Below, in pieces: positions 15,104 through 34,100 of a stretch of 64,000 bases of DNA. The stretch lies in contig JAVKOQ020000036.1 of the NCBI GenBank assembly GCA_031835245.2, forward strand, positions 186,001-250,000, written 5' to 3'. The translations under genes and the position numbers were made by a program. Position 1 is the stretch's first letter. Every line of letters starts with the position of its first letter. A model generated the notes under the pieces. The model saw only the letters and a program-made list of their open reading frames with translations. It did no database searches and was not told where the DNA came from. This DNA comes from Balamuthia mandrillaris (taxonomy: Eukaryota).

Positions 15104-15215
15104 TCAGCCATAGATAGGGCAAACAGACGAGAATGGCCCAACCTTGCCTTGGGTGTTCCTCATCTTGTTCACTTGTAGCAGTTTCGTCTTCATCGGCACA
15201 CTGGATTGGACAATT
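15104..15215 (-). pseudogene. Decayed direct duplicate of the last exon of the neighbouring C2-domain gene
   Basis: Reads VNKMRNTQGKVGPFSSVCPIYG*; the gene (15573-15680) reads VNKMKNTEVVPFLSLFPIYG*. A frameshift and stops lie upstream. Confidence 0.75.
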
Positions 15216-15572
15216 GGTAATAAGGGTGGAGAAAGAAGTGTCTCGAGGGACGAAAGCACAAGCCATCCGCTGCTAGTAACGTTCCTTGCCCTATCAACTA
15301 TCAGGTGGGTTGTGTTTTGAGAAAGAGAGGCAGGAAGAGGAGGGTAACCCCCGCGCTGTGTTCTTCAACTTGCTAAAGGAGGGATGAAGAGAGAAGAAGC
15401 AAACTGCGATCGGTGAATTACAATCTTTGTTGGAAAGGTACAGCGCATACGCTCACTGAAGAACGGAAAAGAGAGAACAGAGGGGAGAGGGGCAGAGGAG
15501 AAAACAAGGGCGAGAGTAGAAGAGTGGGAACTAAAGGTGGCGTGAAGCGGATGAGTGCAATAGTTTGTGTAT

Positions 15573-15979
15573 TTAGCCGTAGATAGGGAAGAGGGACAAG
15601 AATGGCACCACTTCCGTGTTCTTCATCTTGTTCACCACCAAGTTCACTTCGTTGTGTCTCACTGGATAGGGGAGATCTGTTTTGGTTTGTTGGTTAAAAT
15701 ATATACGAGAGAAGCATAGAAGCAGCGAACAGAACGTGAGAGAGAGAGAGAGAAGGAAGTGGGGAATTAGAAAATGTTCGAACCATCAACAGCGGCTTTC
15801 ATGGTAAGCTTCAAGTTGCCGACAACTTTGGGCTGCCCATAGAAGGTGTAAGTCCTTTTCTTCGTGCTGGCATGGGTTATGTCGGTGATGATAGCATTAC
15901 GCTGAGAGTCTTCATAAGTCCAATAGCCCTTTTATTTTGATAGAGAAAGGGTAAGCAACGCAAGCAATTTAGAGAAGAA

Positions 15980-16025
<46 letters not shown>

Positions 16026-17119
16026 GAGAAAAGCAAACCAAGTCGGCATTGGAACTGTCCCAATCATTCTCCAAAGCAGCATGATCAGACTTGAACCAAA
16101 TGGTCTGAGAGCTGTCAATGCACTCCACGTTGTTCAACGTTCTCTTGGCCTGGTCGTAGCTCAACGACCCCTTCCATCCGTGCTTGCTCGTGACGTCGCT
16201 CATTGGCACATCGCTGATGTTCTCCACGTCGGAGCAAAGGAAGGAGATGGCTCCAAAGTTGTGGAAGGCCTTGATGTCGTCCAGCTTTGTCTCGGCGTAG
16301 ACCTGATAGTTGGCCGCCACGAAGGGGGTGGCGCTGGTCCTTCTGCGGATGCGGTAATGCTTGAACGGAGGAGCGAGGGCCATAGAGATGAACTTGCCTT
16401 GGTTGTTGTGGGTCTCCAGCAAGTGAATGTCCACCTGTGTTATTTTTTGCACTGTTAGTACGCCCTCAGAGAAAGCAACAAGAAAGAGTAAAACAGAGCA
16501 GAGAGCATAGGAGACATACGCGTTTGTCTTTCTCGTACTGAAGACCACAAACCACGCCGGTGGCGTTGTTGAAGGCAGTGACAGGGAAATAAAGCATCTG
16601 CTTGGAGTCATCCGAGTAGAATGAAGCCACTTTGCTGAGACGAGCCTTTTACATGGTGATCGCGTGTTGTCAGCTTTCTTGTATCGAAACATGCCGAAGA
16701 GAAGAGGCGATCGACAGAGAGAGGGGAGAGAGAAAGAGGAAGAGAGAGAGAAAGAGAGAGAGAAAGAGAAAGAGAAAATGGAATGAGCAGAGCAGAGCAT
16801 GAGCGAGGAGAACCTTCAAAGAAGTATAGCTCAAGATGGCAGCAATGCTAACAATGATGTAAGGCTCTCCACCCTTCTTCTTCTTGAAGCCCTTTTCCAG
16901 CGTCAAGGGCACTTGCAACTGTTTTATTTGTTTCGTGAGAAGGGAGAAGCGGGAAGAGAGAAGCAGAGAAAAAGGAGGAGAAGGAGCATACGTGTTTGAT
17001 CGGCAAGTGTTGGTTGCTCAATTGGATGAGGCCAGTGGCCACCATGTCATCCTTCCCCACTGAATCCGAATCCCTTTTTGTTATTGTTCGTTACACGTCG
17101 TCCTCAAAGAGAACGAGGC

Positions 17120-17155
<36 letters not shown>

Positions 17156-17445
17156 ATTTTTTTAAAAAACGAACCACACTTGGACGTTGATAGAGGTGCG
17201 ATAGGCCTCCCCATAGCAGAGGGTCTCCTTCCAGTTGGGGTTGAAGTCGCTCTTCTTGACCGAGGTCTTGTCCCAGTGAACCCCTCCGGAGGCTCTGTCA
17301 AAGCCCAAGCGAACGTAGGCGTCGATCTTGCCAAACGTGTCCGCCTGTTTCAGTTTGACGAAATGCAAAATCAGATTTTGTTTTTTGGAATCGAAAAGAA
17401 GGAAAGAGAGAAGAAGAAGAAGAAGACGAACAAAGAACAGAGAAG

Positions 17446-17477
<32 letters not shown>

Positions 17478-17631
17478 AAACCTTTGGCAAGTTTCGACCG
17501 CCGTGCACTTTGACGGTGATCATCCAGGAGGGCTGCCCGCCGCCGCCGCCGCTGCTGCCGCCCGAAGGAGGAGCACCCCACCCAGGAAAACCGCCACCGC
17601 CGACGCCACCACCGTAGCCAGGAGCTTGCAT
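15573..17631 (-). CDS. C2-domain protein with uncharacterised C-terminal region
   Basis: Gly/Pro-rich start, then ITVKVHGGRNLPKADTFGKIDAYV..KTSVKKSDFNPNWKE..DSDSVGKDDMV (Ca-type C2 domain). Multi-exon; stop at 15573. Confidence 0.8.
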
Positions 17632-18073
17632 TGTTGTTGTTGTTTTTCTCTTATCTTTATAAAAAAAAATGAATAAAAAAAATAATATAAATAAATAAAT
17701 AAATGAATAAAATAAACAAATAAATAAAGAAATAAATGAATGAATGAACGAATGAATGAATGAAAGAGAAATAAAAAATAAATGCGTTCATGGAACGAGA
17801 AAAACGCTATAGTGCAATCTCTCCAATTGGTTGGAGCGGTTGCTTGGGAGAGTTCTGCCGGTAACCCGTTCGCTTAACGAGCCGCTCTCCTGTCCTTACC
17901 CTCCTCTGCTCTCCTCTCTGCTTCCTCTCGCTCGCCTCTCTGCTATCCTCTCTGCTGCTCTCTTTTCTCTTCTCCCTTCTCTGCTTGCGCAGCTGAGAGC
18001 AAAAGGGTCGTTTCTATTATCTTATATTAATAAATACAAAAAAAAGAGAAGAGTCGTATCTAAAAGTTAGCTG

Positions 18074-24519
<6,446 letters not shown>

Positions 24520-24951
24520 TCTATGACGCGCACACCGAAAACCCCGCTGCTCTTTATTGATTTATTTTTATTTTATTTTTTTTAATGGGCGACGGAGGAG
24601 TGTGTGCTCCTTCTTTCCTCTTCTTTCACGAAGGAAGGAATTGGTCCTCGGTTTTTGGGTGCACACCCGAAGACTTTCTTTTTTTTTTTTCAGCCTGCCG
24701 ATATTTGGTCTATTATTCTATTTATTTTTTTGTTGCGCGTTACAAAAAAAAAAATAAAATTTTAAACCGATAATTACGAAATGAATGAATTGTTCTTATA
24801 GGAATGTTTGAATGGGGATAGGCTGGTACCGTCCTCTGTGATCTTGATTTCCATCGATCCCACCAAGAATCAAACATATCGATGATGACGTAACTTTTAG
24901 AGAGGAATACATACCATGAAAAATAAAAGAAAAGAAAAGAAAAGAAAAAGA

Positions 24952-26768
24952 ATGAACGCGGCGAGGGAGTCGTCGTACCAGAGGTTCTGCAGCGAGGGCT
25001 CCATCAACCTTTCGGATCGCGAACCGCACGTGCCCTCTATCGGGCTGGAGAGCCACGATGATGCGGCGGGAACGGCGTTGTTGGTGGACGAAGAGCAAAT
25101 CCCGTTGCTCGGATCTTCTCCACGGAAAAACCGGTGTAAATCTTTTTGGAGGTAAACACCTTTTGGGTTCACTTTTTTTTGTTTTTTGTCGTTGCAAACG
25201 AGCGCCACCTTGTTAAAACGAGACACATAACCTATGCAGTGCTGTCTGGAAATTTTTGAAAGGCATAACATTGGGCACCTGGATCAGGCTTGGCATCTTT
25301 CTGCTCGTTGTGCTCACCATCACGCTGCTTATTGTCTTTCTCAATGGCTACATCAAGGTTTGCAGCGCACACCAACTTTTCAGTCTCTTCAGCTGCTTGC
25401 TTGCTTGTTTCTCTCTTTCTTTGTTGTCGTTTCTTGTCGTTTCTTTCTTTGTTTCGTTACTCACTTGAACAAAAAAAACACAGAAAGGGCTTAAAGTCTT
25501 TCTAGAAAAGATGGAAAAGAGCATGCCATGGGGTCCCTTCGCTCTTGGCGGTGTATACGTGGTCTGCACCGTACTATTCGTGCCAGGCTCCATCTTGACT
25601 CTTGGCGCTGGATTTGCCTTTGGGCTGCGGTGGGGCGTCGTTACTGTGTCCATTGCTAGCACCATTGGAGCCACGTGCGTAACCCTTCTCTCTGTTGCTC
25701 GCCTTCTTTGTAGTCTCGTTCAACTACTACTACTCTTCCTCAATATCTTCTCTTCCCTCTTCTGTCACACTCTCGTCCTCTCATTCTCGCTTCTCTCACG
25801 CTATGGTTCATTCTTATCACTATGAATAAAAACGCAGTTGTGCATTTTTCCTTGGTCGGACGCTGTTACGAGGATGGGTGGAAAGAAAAGTGGAACAATA
25901 CAAGGTATTCAGGGCAGTGGATAGAGCTATTGAAACTCAAGGTTCTGTCTTTTTTCTTCTCATTTCTCGTAGATGTATCCCTTTCGTTGTCTTTTTCTTT
26001 CTTTTCCTTCTTTCTTGTGCTGCTTTGGCGTTCTTCCCATCTCACATACACACTTTTGTAACAACGAACAGGATGGACACTGGTGTTGTTGATCCGTTTG
26101 TCTCCAGTGATACCCTTCAACATCATCAACTATGCTTTTGCTTTAACCAAGGTGAAATGGTGGCACTACATCCTGTGCTCCTGGATTGGCATGCTTCCAG
26201 GAACCGTGCTGTACGTCTATATCGGATCCGTGGCTGCCAATCTATCCGAGATATTTACCGGTAAGCGCAGTAAACCGTCACAAAACTTTCAAAAGTTTTC
26301 TTTTTGTTCTTTTTTTTTTGTTTCATTTTTACGTTCGTTTTTGTGTTTTCTTTTGTTCTCTCTTGTATTTTTCAGTTGTAATGCTTACACATCGTCATCC
26401 TCTTTTTCCTGTTCTTATTTCTTTCTTTCTTTCTCCTTTTTTTCTTTCTTTTTTTGGATGGAAATGTCACGCCAGGGCAAGCCAACCAAAAGTTATTGCC
26501 GCGAATATTCTTCTATTGTGGCTTCGGAGTGGCGTTGCTGGTGGTTATCGTGGTGACGTTCATCGCTCGTCGGGCGGTCATGAAAGCTCTGCGAGAGAAC
26601 AACGAGCTGGAGGCTGCCAAACAAAAGGAGGAGGAGGAGGCGGAGGAGGCGGAAAGGCTAGCAGAAGAAGGAATAATTGCCTCTTCGGAACGACAGAAAA
26701 ACCAGGTGGTGAAAGCAGAGCAGCAGGACCAAGAAGTAGAAGAAGAAGAACGGTTGCTATCCTCTTAG
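24952..26768 (+). CDS. TVP38/TMEM64 (VTT/DedA, SNARE-associated Golgi) membrane protein
   Basis: VLFVPGSILTLGAGFAFGL.WG....SIASTIGA..AFFLGR; LLIRLSPVIPFNIINYAFALT..YILCSWIGMLPGT.LYVYIG. Confidence 0.92.
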
Positions 26769-27024
26769 TCAAACCAACCAAACAACAAAAAATAAGAGGT
26801 GAATTCTCCGTCCAATCAGAAAACGAAAAAAATGTGATCAAGATCATAATTTATTTTATCAAATGACTGAAAAGAAATGGCAAGGGAAAAAAGGGCAGCA
26901 AAAAAGTCCTTACGCATTCCTGCTACTTTTAGCGGGGAAAGTTAGTGTCGACAAGGACCACCGCCAAACCCAACCATTGCGCGTTGGCCAAATGAAAAAA
27001 TAGGAAGAAAGTTCTTTTTTTTTT

Positions 27025-27130
27025 GGTGGTGGCGCGACAGAGAGGAACACGACGCAGGGTCTCTCTCTTTGTTTCCTCCACTTTCTTCCTCGGTGGTGGC
27101 GCGACAGAGAGGAACACGACGCAGGGTCTC
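27025..27130 (+). repeat. Perfect 39-bp direct repeat, 2 copies, period 67
   Basis: ggtggtggcgcgacagagaggaacacgacgcagggtctc at 27025-27063 and 27092-27130. Confidence 0.95.
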
Positions 27131-27165
27131 GCTTTACTTCCTCCAAAGTTTTTTTTTTTTTTTGG

Positions 27166-27396
27166 ATGGGCGACAGCAAGGTGCGACAAGTTCTGAGGAG
27201 CCTCTATGACTTTATGAACGACGAGCACCAAAGCGTGCTCTTCAATCCAGGGGCTTACTCCTCCAACCCACCTCCTCCGCCCCCGCCTCCCAGGAGGAGG
27301 CACCACCGCCATCGCCATCATCAGCCAAGAAGGAGAGGACAAGTGGCAGCCACACCTTTTTCTGCGGCGCTCGGAAAGCAGAGTTTCGTGCGGTAA
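27166..27396 (+). CDS. Possible small Pro/His/Arg-rich protein or first exon (hypothetical)
   Basis: ATG-initiated GC-rich 76-aa ORF in AT-rich context, ending at a possible GTAACA donor; no recognisable domain. Confidence 0.3.
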   Translation: MGDSKVRQVLRSLYDFMNDEHQSVLFNPGAYSSNPPPPPPPPRRRHHRHRHHQPRRRGQVAATPFSAALGKQSFVR

Positions 27397-28151
27397 CAAA
27401 ATAAAAGGAGAAGGGTTGCTTTTTTATTGTCTGCGTCGTTCACCTCTCTTTTTTTATTTAAACAATACAAATTCGTTTTTGCTTTCTCTTATGCAGAAAA
27501 TTCCCGCAGAGCTCCATACACTTCGTCTCCTTGTTCTCGATTTCGAAACGAGGAAACGCGAGTCGACCACTTTGATCCATTTCTTGACCATTTTTGCGAA
27601 AACTCTTCTACAGGCGAAAACTAGCGGGTTTCTCGCAAACTGCAGTTTCCTATTCCTCCCGTTAATTCGGATCTGATGGCCTAAATCAGGATAATTTGAA
27701 GATCCATTGTCATACAACTCCATAAAAGGACAAATTAGGAAGACAAACGACCAAAAAAGGTTCTGTACAGAGACTCTCGGAAAAAAATGGCATTGGTTTG
27801 TTACTTTGCTATGCCGTTCCTATGTAAAGAAAATTCCCGGCGGGGGATGATGCAAACCAAAAAAAAAAAAAATCAACGCAAAAGAACAACAAAATAGAGC
27901 AGGGGACCCACACACACACCCTCCCCTTTTCCTGCTGCTGCGATAGAGAGCAGATAGAGAGAGAGGAGGTGATTGAGCAAATGCCCATCTGGCTTATCTA
28001 AAACGAACCCCTTCGTTATTCTTTTCTCTTCTTTCTTTATATTTTAAGAACACAACACACACACACCACACAAAAAAACGGAAGAGTTTCAAGGGAGAAA
28101 AAACACAAGCAAAAAAAATATTTTTAAAAAACGAACAAGGCTTGCTTTCAA

Positions 28152-31100
28152 ATGCATGCAAAGAAAGGGGTGGAGGGGGAGGAGGAGGGGACAGGCGCAG
28201 AGGGGTTGGGCATGGACACCATGGACTGGGCCAGGACTGCGCTGGGGGATCGGGGGCGGTGGCCCGCCCACCTCGCCAGCATCGTGGAGCTCTGCAAAGA
28301 GAGCGCCTTCCCCATGGCTGTTTATTGGGGGCCTGAACACACTCTCATCTATGGCCAGGTACACTTTGTCTTTTTTGCTCTGCAGCAAACGGAAAACTCC
28401 TCCACTCTTTCTCTCTTTCTTTGTGGACTTTTTTCATCTTGTTCTCTTTCTTTATTTTTTTTTCTTTTCCTTTTGATTTTTCGCATTTCTCCTCTTGATC
28501 TATCTTATCTTATCGTTTTTGTTTTTTCATCTTTTTCATCTTTAAAAAAAAAAAACAGGCGATGGTGCCAAACCTTGGGGTGAAGCACCCACAAGCGCTC
28601 GGACAACCGGGCAAGCGGGTGTGGGGAGAGATCTGGGCGGACATTGGCCCCCTCTTGGACCAGGTCTACCACTCAGGCAAGTCGCTCGTCCGCGTCGACT
28701 TTCCCTTGTTCTTGCGAAAGCGGAGCGCCAGCTCCGTGGAGGAGACCTTCTTTTCCTTTGGCTTCTGCCCCATAAGAGGCCCTGACAACAGAGTGGACGG
28801 CGTGTTGAACGTTTTTTGGGACACCTCGCAAAGGGTCTTTAGCGAGAGGCGCCTCAACACCCTTGCCAAGCTGGCCAAACGCACTTCGAACGCAAAGTCG
28901 TCCGTGGAGGTAACCTCCCTCTCTTTCGTTTTTTTTTTTGTTCTCCTGTTTCTCTCGCTCTCTTCTCTCTTGCGTTCGTTCGTTAGTAGAAGGAACTCAC
29001 AACGGACACACCATGTCCACGGCTCAAATAGGCATGTCGTTTGACAGCAGAGACGCTGCAAGGCAATCCCGACATTCCGTTTTGTTTTATCTACTTGGCT
29101 GCAAAAGAAAATGCAGCCAAACTTGTGGCCTCAACCTTCGATCATTACCTTCATCAACAACAACAACAGCCTCAACAACATACCGAACACCAACAAAAAC
29201 AAAACGAGCGTCTTCAACGATATTGCATGAAGCATCTTCCCGCTTACGTTTGTCTTGATGCAGAGGAATACGATGTAGAAACAGAACAAGCAGACACGAA
29301 CGATAACAACATCACTGGTGATACAACACCAACAACAACATCACGACCATCAAGTTACAAAACATCGGATCAGTGGCCCATTGCTCGAGTGTTTCTCACA
29401 GGTCGAGAGGAGGTCGTCTCACTGCCACGGGATCAAGGCCAATTGATCTTCCTTCCTATCACCACCACTTCTTGGGAGGAGGTTGGCAAAGTGTCTGCGG
29501 TAATGATCGCTCGTGTGAGCCCTTTTCATGTGCTGGACACTCTGTATAGGGAGTTTTATGGACTGGTCGGCAGCCATTTGTCCACCGCGTTGAACAATAC
29601 TCAGGTCTCCCTCCTCTTTTTCCCTTCCCTCTCCTGTCCTTGATTTCCTCTCTTTCTTTCTCTCGTTGGTCTTCATGTGCTTCTTTGGTGTCTTACTAAA
29701 TGCTTTCAAATATAGGCTCGAGAAGAAGAACGCCGAAGAGCAAGGCAGCTTGCAGAGCTTGATACCGCAAAAACCACTTTTTTCTGTAACATAAGTCACG
29801 AGTTTCGCACGCCTCTCACCTTGATGGTAGCTCCACTGGAAGAGGTACTGCACGACCCGAAATTGTTGCCGTCGCACAGAGAACAACTTCAAACAGTATT
29901 TCGTAACAGCCAGAGGTTGTTGAAACTTGTCAACACTCTCCTAGATTTTAGTCGCATCGAAGCGGGGAGGTTTGTTTTCTGTCCTTGTTTGTTCATTATT
30001 TTTAAAGAAGGAGAGGAGAGAGAAGAGAGGGATTTTTTGTTGTTGTTGTTCTGCAAAAAGGTATTGCTAACAGAATTAAACAAGCAGAGTGTTGGCTCGG
30101 TATGAACCCGTTAGATTAGACTGTTTTACGGAGGAGTTGGTCAGCGAGTTTGAGTCGGCGGCCAATCGTTTAGGTATAAAATTATATATTCGATGCATAA
30201 ACTGGCCGTCCTCTTCCTCTTCTTCGCCATCGTTTCAACACGAAAATGCTGAACACAAACAAGCCACCGACGCACAATCTACGCAATATCAAGACAGAAG
30301 ACAAGAAACCAACCAACTAGCCGAAGAAGAAGGAGGACACGACGAAGACATTTACGTGGACAAAGACATGTGGGAGAAAATCATTCTCAATCTGGTTTCC
30401 AACGCGCTCAAGTTCACCTGGGAGGGCAGCGTCACCGTCACCCTCACCAGGCTCAGGGGCCAAGGTGCAGAACTGAAAGTGGAGGACACTGGCGTAGGCA
30501 TTTCCAAGGAGGACATATCTCATCTCTTTCATCGCTTCTATCGCATCCAGAACAGTAATGCACGCAGTGACGAGGGATCCGGCATCGGACTTGCGCTCGT
30601 GCAGGAGTTGGTGCAACTGCACGGCGGCACTATCAACGTGGAAAGCGAAGAAGGCAAAGGAACCGCGTTTACAGTCTTTATTCCCGCGGGCACCAAACAC
30701 TTGCCATCAGATAGAATCGTGAAGAAGATCGGCACCGAAAATTACAACTTCTACAACCCCAACTGTCATAAGAGGAAACGAGCGTCCAATGAAGAGAACT
30801 CTGTGGTTGGTTGCAACATTGCGGAGCAGTACGTTAACGAAGTGATGCAGTGGGACATGGTACCACCATCCAGCCCTTCTGCTTTTATGTTTGATAGTTG
30901 TGATTCATCGTCATCTCCTGAAGAACGGGCCGTCGCTATATCGTTGAACAAACATTACCCTCATCAACGCCACAATCCTCGACAACGACAAACGTTTGAC
31001 CACGACGCCATGAAGGAGAAGGGAGAGAGTCCAAACAAGCAGGAAGATGTGGAGGAAGATGAAGCTCCGTCTGCAAGACACGTTTCTTCCGTCCCAGCCG

Positions 31101-34100
31101 CTGAGGCGGGAGGAGGAGTACGGGCTCGAGAAAAAGAAGCCATTCCCTTCAACGGCAACAACAACGCCAACAATCCAAAAATTCGACAACGAAAGCCTCA
31201 CGTCCTATTCGCGGATGACAACGCCGAGATGAGACGTTACGTCTCCTCGCTCCTCAACCCATTCTTCGAAGTAACCACCGTAAGCAATGGTCAAGCCGCT
31301 TATGAATATACTCTTCAACGCGGAAGTCAAAAGAAGCCTGGTTCTTCTTCATCAACATCATCACCATTTCAATCTGTACCAACAACACCAAACTTGAAGA
31401 AAAAAGCGAAAAAGCATTGCTTCCGCAGACCCGACCTAATCATAAGCGACGTCATGATGCCCGTTAAAGATGGCTTTTCTTTGGTTAGAGACCTTCGCAC
31501 CAACAAAAAGACTAGTAGCATTCCTTTCCTCCTGCTCTCGGCTCGTGCTGGCTCAGAGGCTTCTGTGGAGGCGTTGGAGTCAGGAGCGGACGACTATCTG
31601 GTAAAGCCCTTTGCCGCCCGTGAGCTCATCGCCAAGGTAAGGGCCATGGTAAAGCTCAGCTCCGTCAGAAAGCAGATGTACACTCGCGAGAAGGAAGTCA
31701 TGAAGCATAAGCAGTTGGTGCTTCGTATAGCAGAGAAGATTCGCTGTGGAGTGTTGAACATGCAGGAGGTGTTGGATGTGACGGTGGAGGAGGTTCGAAC
31801 GGAGTTGCTGGCGGATGCGGTTCGAGTTTGTCGCTTTGAGGACGTCTCTCGACGAAGAAGCATCAAGAGCGCGAATAGCACCGCTAGTAATATTGCAGTG
31901 GGAGAAGAACAAGATGCAACTGATCAACTACTTCAAGAGCAAGACCAGGCAACAGGAACACGGAGAATATGTGTTATTGCTGCTGAGTGCGTTGATCCTA
32001 ACAGATCCGACAAACGATATTTAGGACACAAGTTCTTCTTGAAGGATGAGGAGGACGAAGAGGATGAGAGAAATGTGGGACAATCACGAAACGGCCACAC
32101 ATCAAAGAAGCCAGATATTTGGCAAACGAATCCGTCCAGTGATGACTTGCGTCACGTGGATAGATTATTGGATGTGATGCCTGGCGAGCTGAGAGAAGAG
32201 AACAGTCTTACGGCCATGATTCTCATGCGCGACAAAGTTTGGGGCTTTCTGCAATGTGTTCGTTGGGATTCTCAATCTTCTTCAACCTTTTCCTCCGCTC
32301 CTTCGTCTTCCTCTGCTGAATATAAAACAACGAAAGAACGGAGAGAGCATCATCATGAACCACAACACAGCCAAGAGGAAGAAGAGGAAGAAGAGGAAGA
32401 AGAGGTAGAGAGAAGAGCGCCTTGGACCAAAGCCAATCAAGCGCTGTTGATGCAAATAGCGCTGCAAGTCAGCTTGGGCCTCAACCAGGCTCGTCTTGTG
32501 GAGGAACGTCTGCAACAACAGTCGAAGTTGGAGGCCGCGCAAGCTGCCAACAAAGCCAAAAGCATGATCATGGCAAACACCAGTCATGAGATCCGCACTC
32601 CTCTCAACGCCATTATTGGCATGATGGAAATGTTGTTGGACACCCCGTTGAATGCTGATCAGAAGGAAATGGTTCAAACGGTGCATCACTCGAGGTAGAT
32701 TCCTACTTTCCTTTTTTTTCCCCTATCTTTGTTTCTGTTTTATCAGTTACTTTTTCATCATTAACGTACGCATCTTCACAGCGAATTGCTTTTAGGCATC
32801 GTCAACGATATTTTGGACTTTTCCAAGATGGAAATGGACAGCGTCGTATTCCATTACTCTGACTTTGAGGTTCGTTCTTTGGTGGAACGAACGATGGACA
32901 TGTTCGCGGAGATGGTTGGCATTCGCGAGATTGAGCTGGTCAACATGTCCAACCTCGATGCTCATCGTTCCAAAGGACTTTGGGTTCGCAGTGATCCGTT
33001 TAGACTGCAACAAGTGCTTATCAACCTCATCAACAATGCCATCAAGTTCACCCCGAGAGGAGGAGAGGTCATGGTCAAAGTCAATTGTTCCTTCCCAACC
33101 TCACAAACGACGACCTCAAACACGAGAAGAACATCGAGAGCAAAAGCAAGAAGAATCTGTTCTTCTTCGACATTCAGTTGCAAAGGCAAAGCAGTTTCGG
33201 CCAAAGATGGCGAACTGGAAGAAAAATGTCCTGAAGAAGACGATCAAGAGAAGGATGATGAATGTATCGAAGAGAAGAAAGCTGCAACAACCAAAGGAAA
33301 AGAAGTTACACCTGAAGACGAAGACGGAGACGGCGACGGAACAAATGACAAGCTTCGTGATGCAACACAACAGACAAGAATAAAAACGCGACGAAATGTC
33401 AAAGAGGAGGTCGTGCTCGAAGTGGAAGTGGTCGATACGGGTATCGGCATCAGCGCTGACGGAGTAGAAAAGATCTTCCAATCCTTTAGTCAGGTTAACG
33501 GCTCTAGCACTAGAGAGCACGGCGGCACCGGCCTTGGCCTCGCCATCAGCAAACATTTGGTGGAGTTGGCGGGAGGAGAGATCGGCGTGCACACCCAACC
33601 TGGCAAAGGCTCAACCTTTTGGTTCACTTGGCATTGTCGTTTGACGCGGCCTACTACTACAGCTACTGCTTCTACTTCTTCCTCACCGAGTACATCTTCG
33701 TCTTCGGCGAGTGTTTTACCGTCGCCCACACTTTCTTCTTCAGCTATTTCGTCATCGACATCAACTTCATCAACATTTTCTCCTGCTTGTGCTTCTTATT
33801 GGACTCCGCATCATCAACAACAGCTGCAACTGACCTACAAGCAGCACACTGCGACAGCAACGTCGAAAACGTTTATAACGACTAACAGAAGTCTGTCCTC
33901 ACCTTCCATTATAGCCTCGTTGCCTCTCTTCCTTCCTGAATCGTCTCCTACCTCTGGATTAACATCATCCACTTCCTCGCTCTCGTTGGCGACCGCTGCC
34001 AATGCTGGTGGAAGCTCTCAACGGGTGCACCAACGAGTACTCGTTGTGGAGGCCAAACAGCACAGCCTTGACTCAATTTTGTTGCATTTGCGAGATGTAG

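Noticed and set aside
27025..27130. CRISPR-like repeat-spacer-repeat
   Set aside because: Only two copies, a low-complexity spacer, eukaryotic context and no cas genes.
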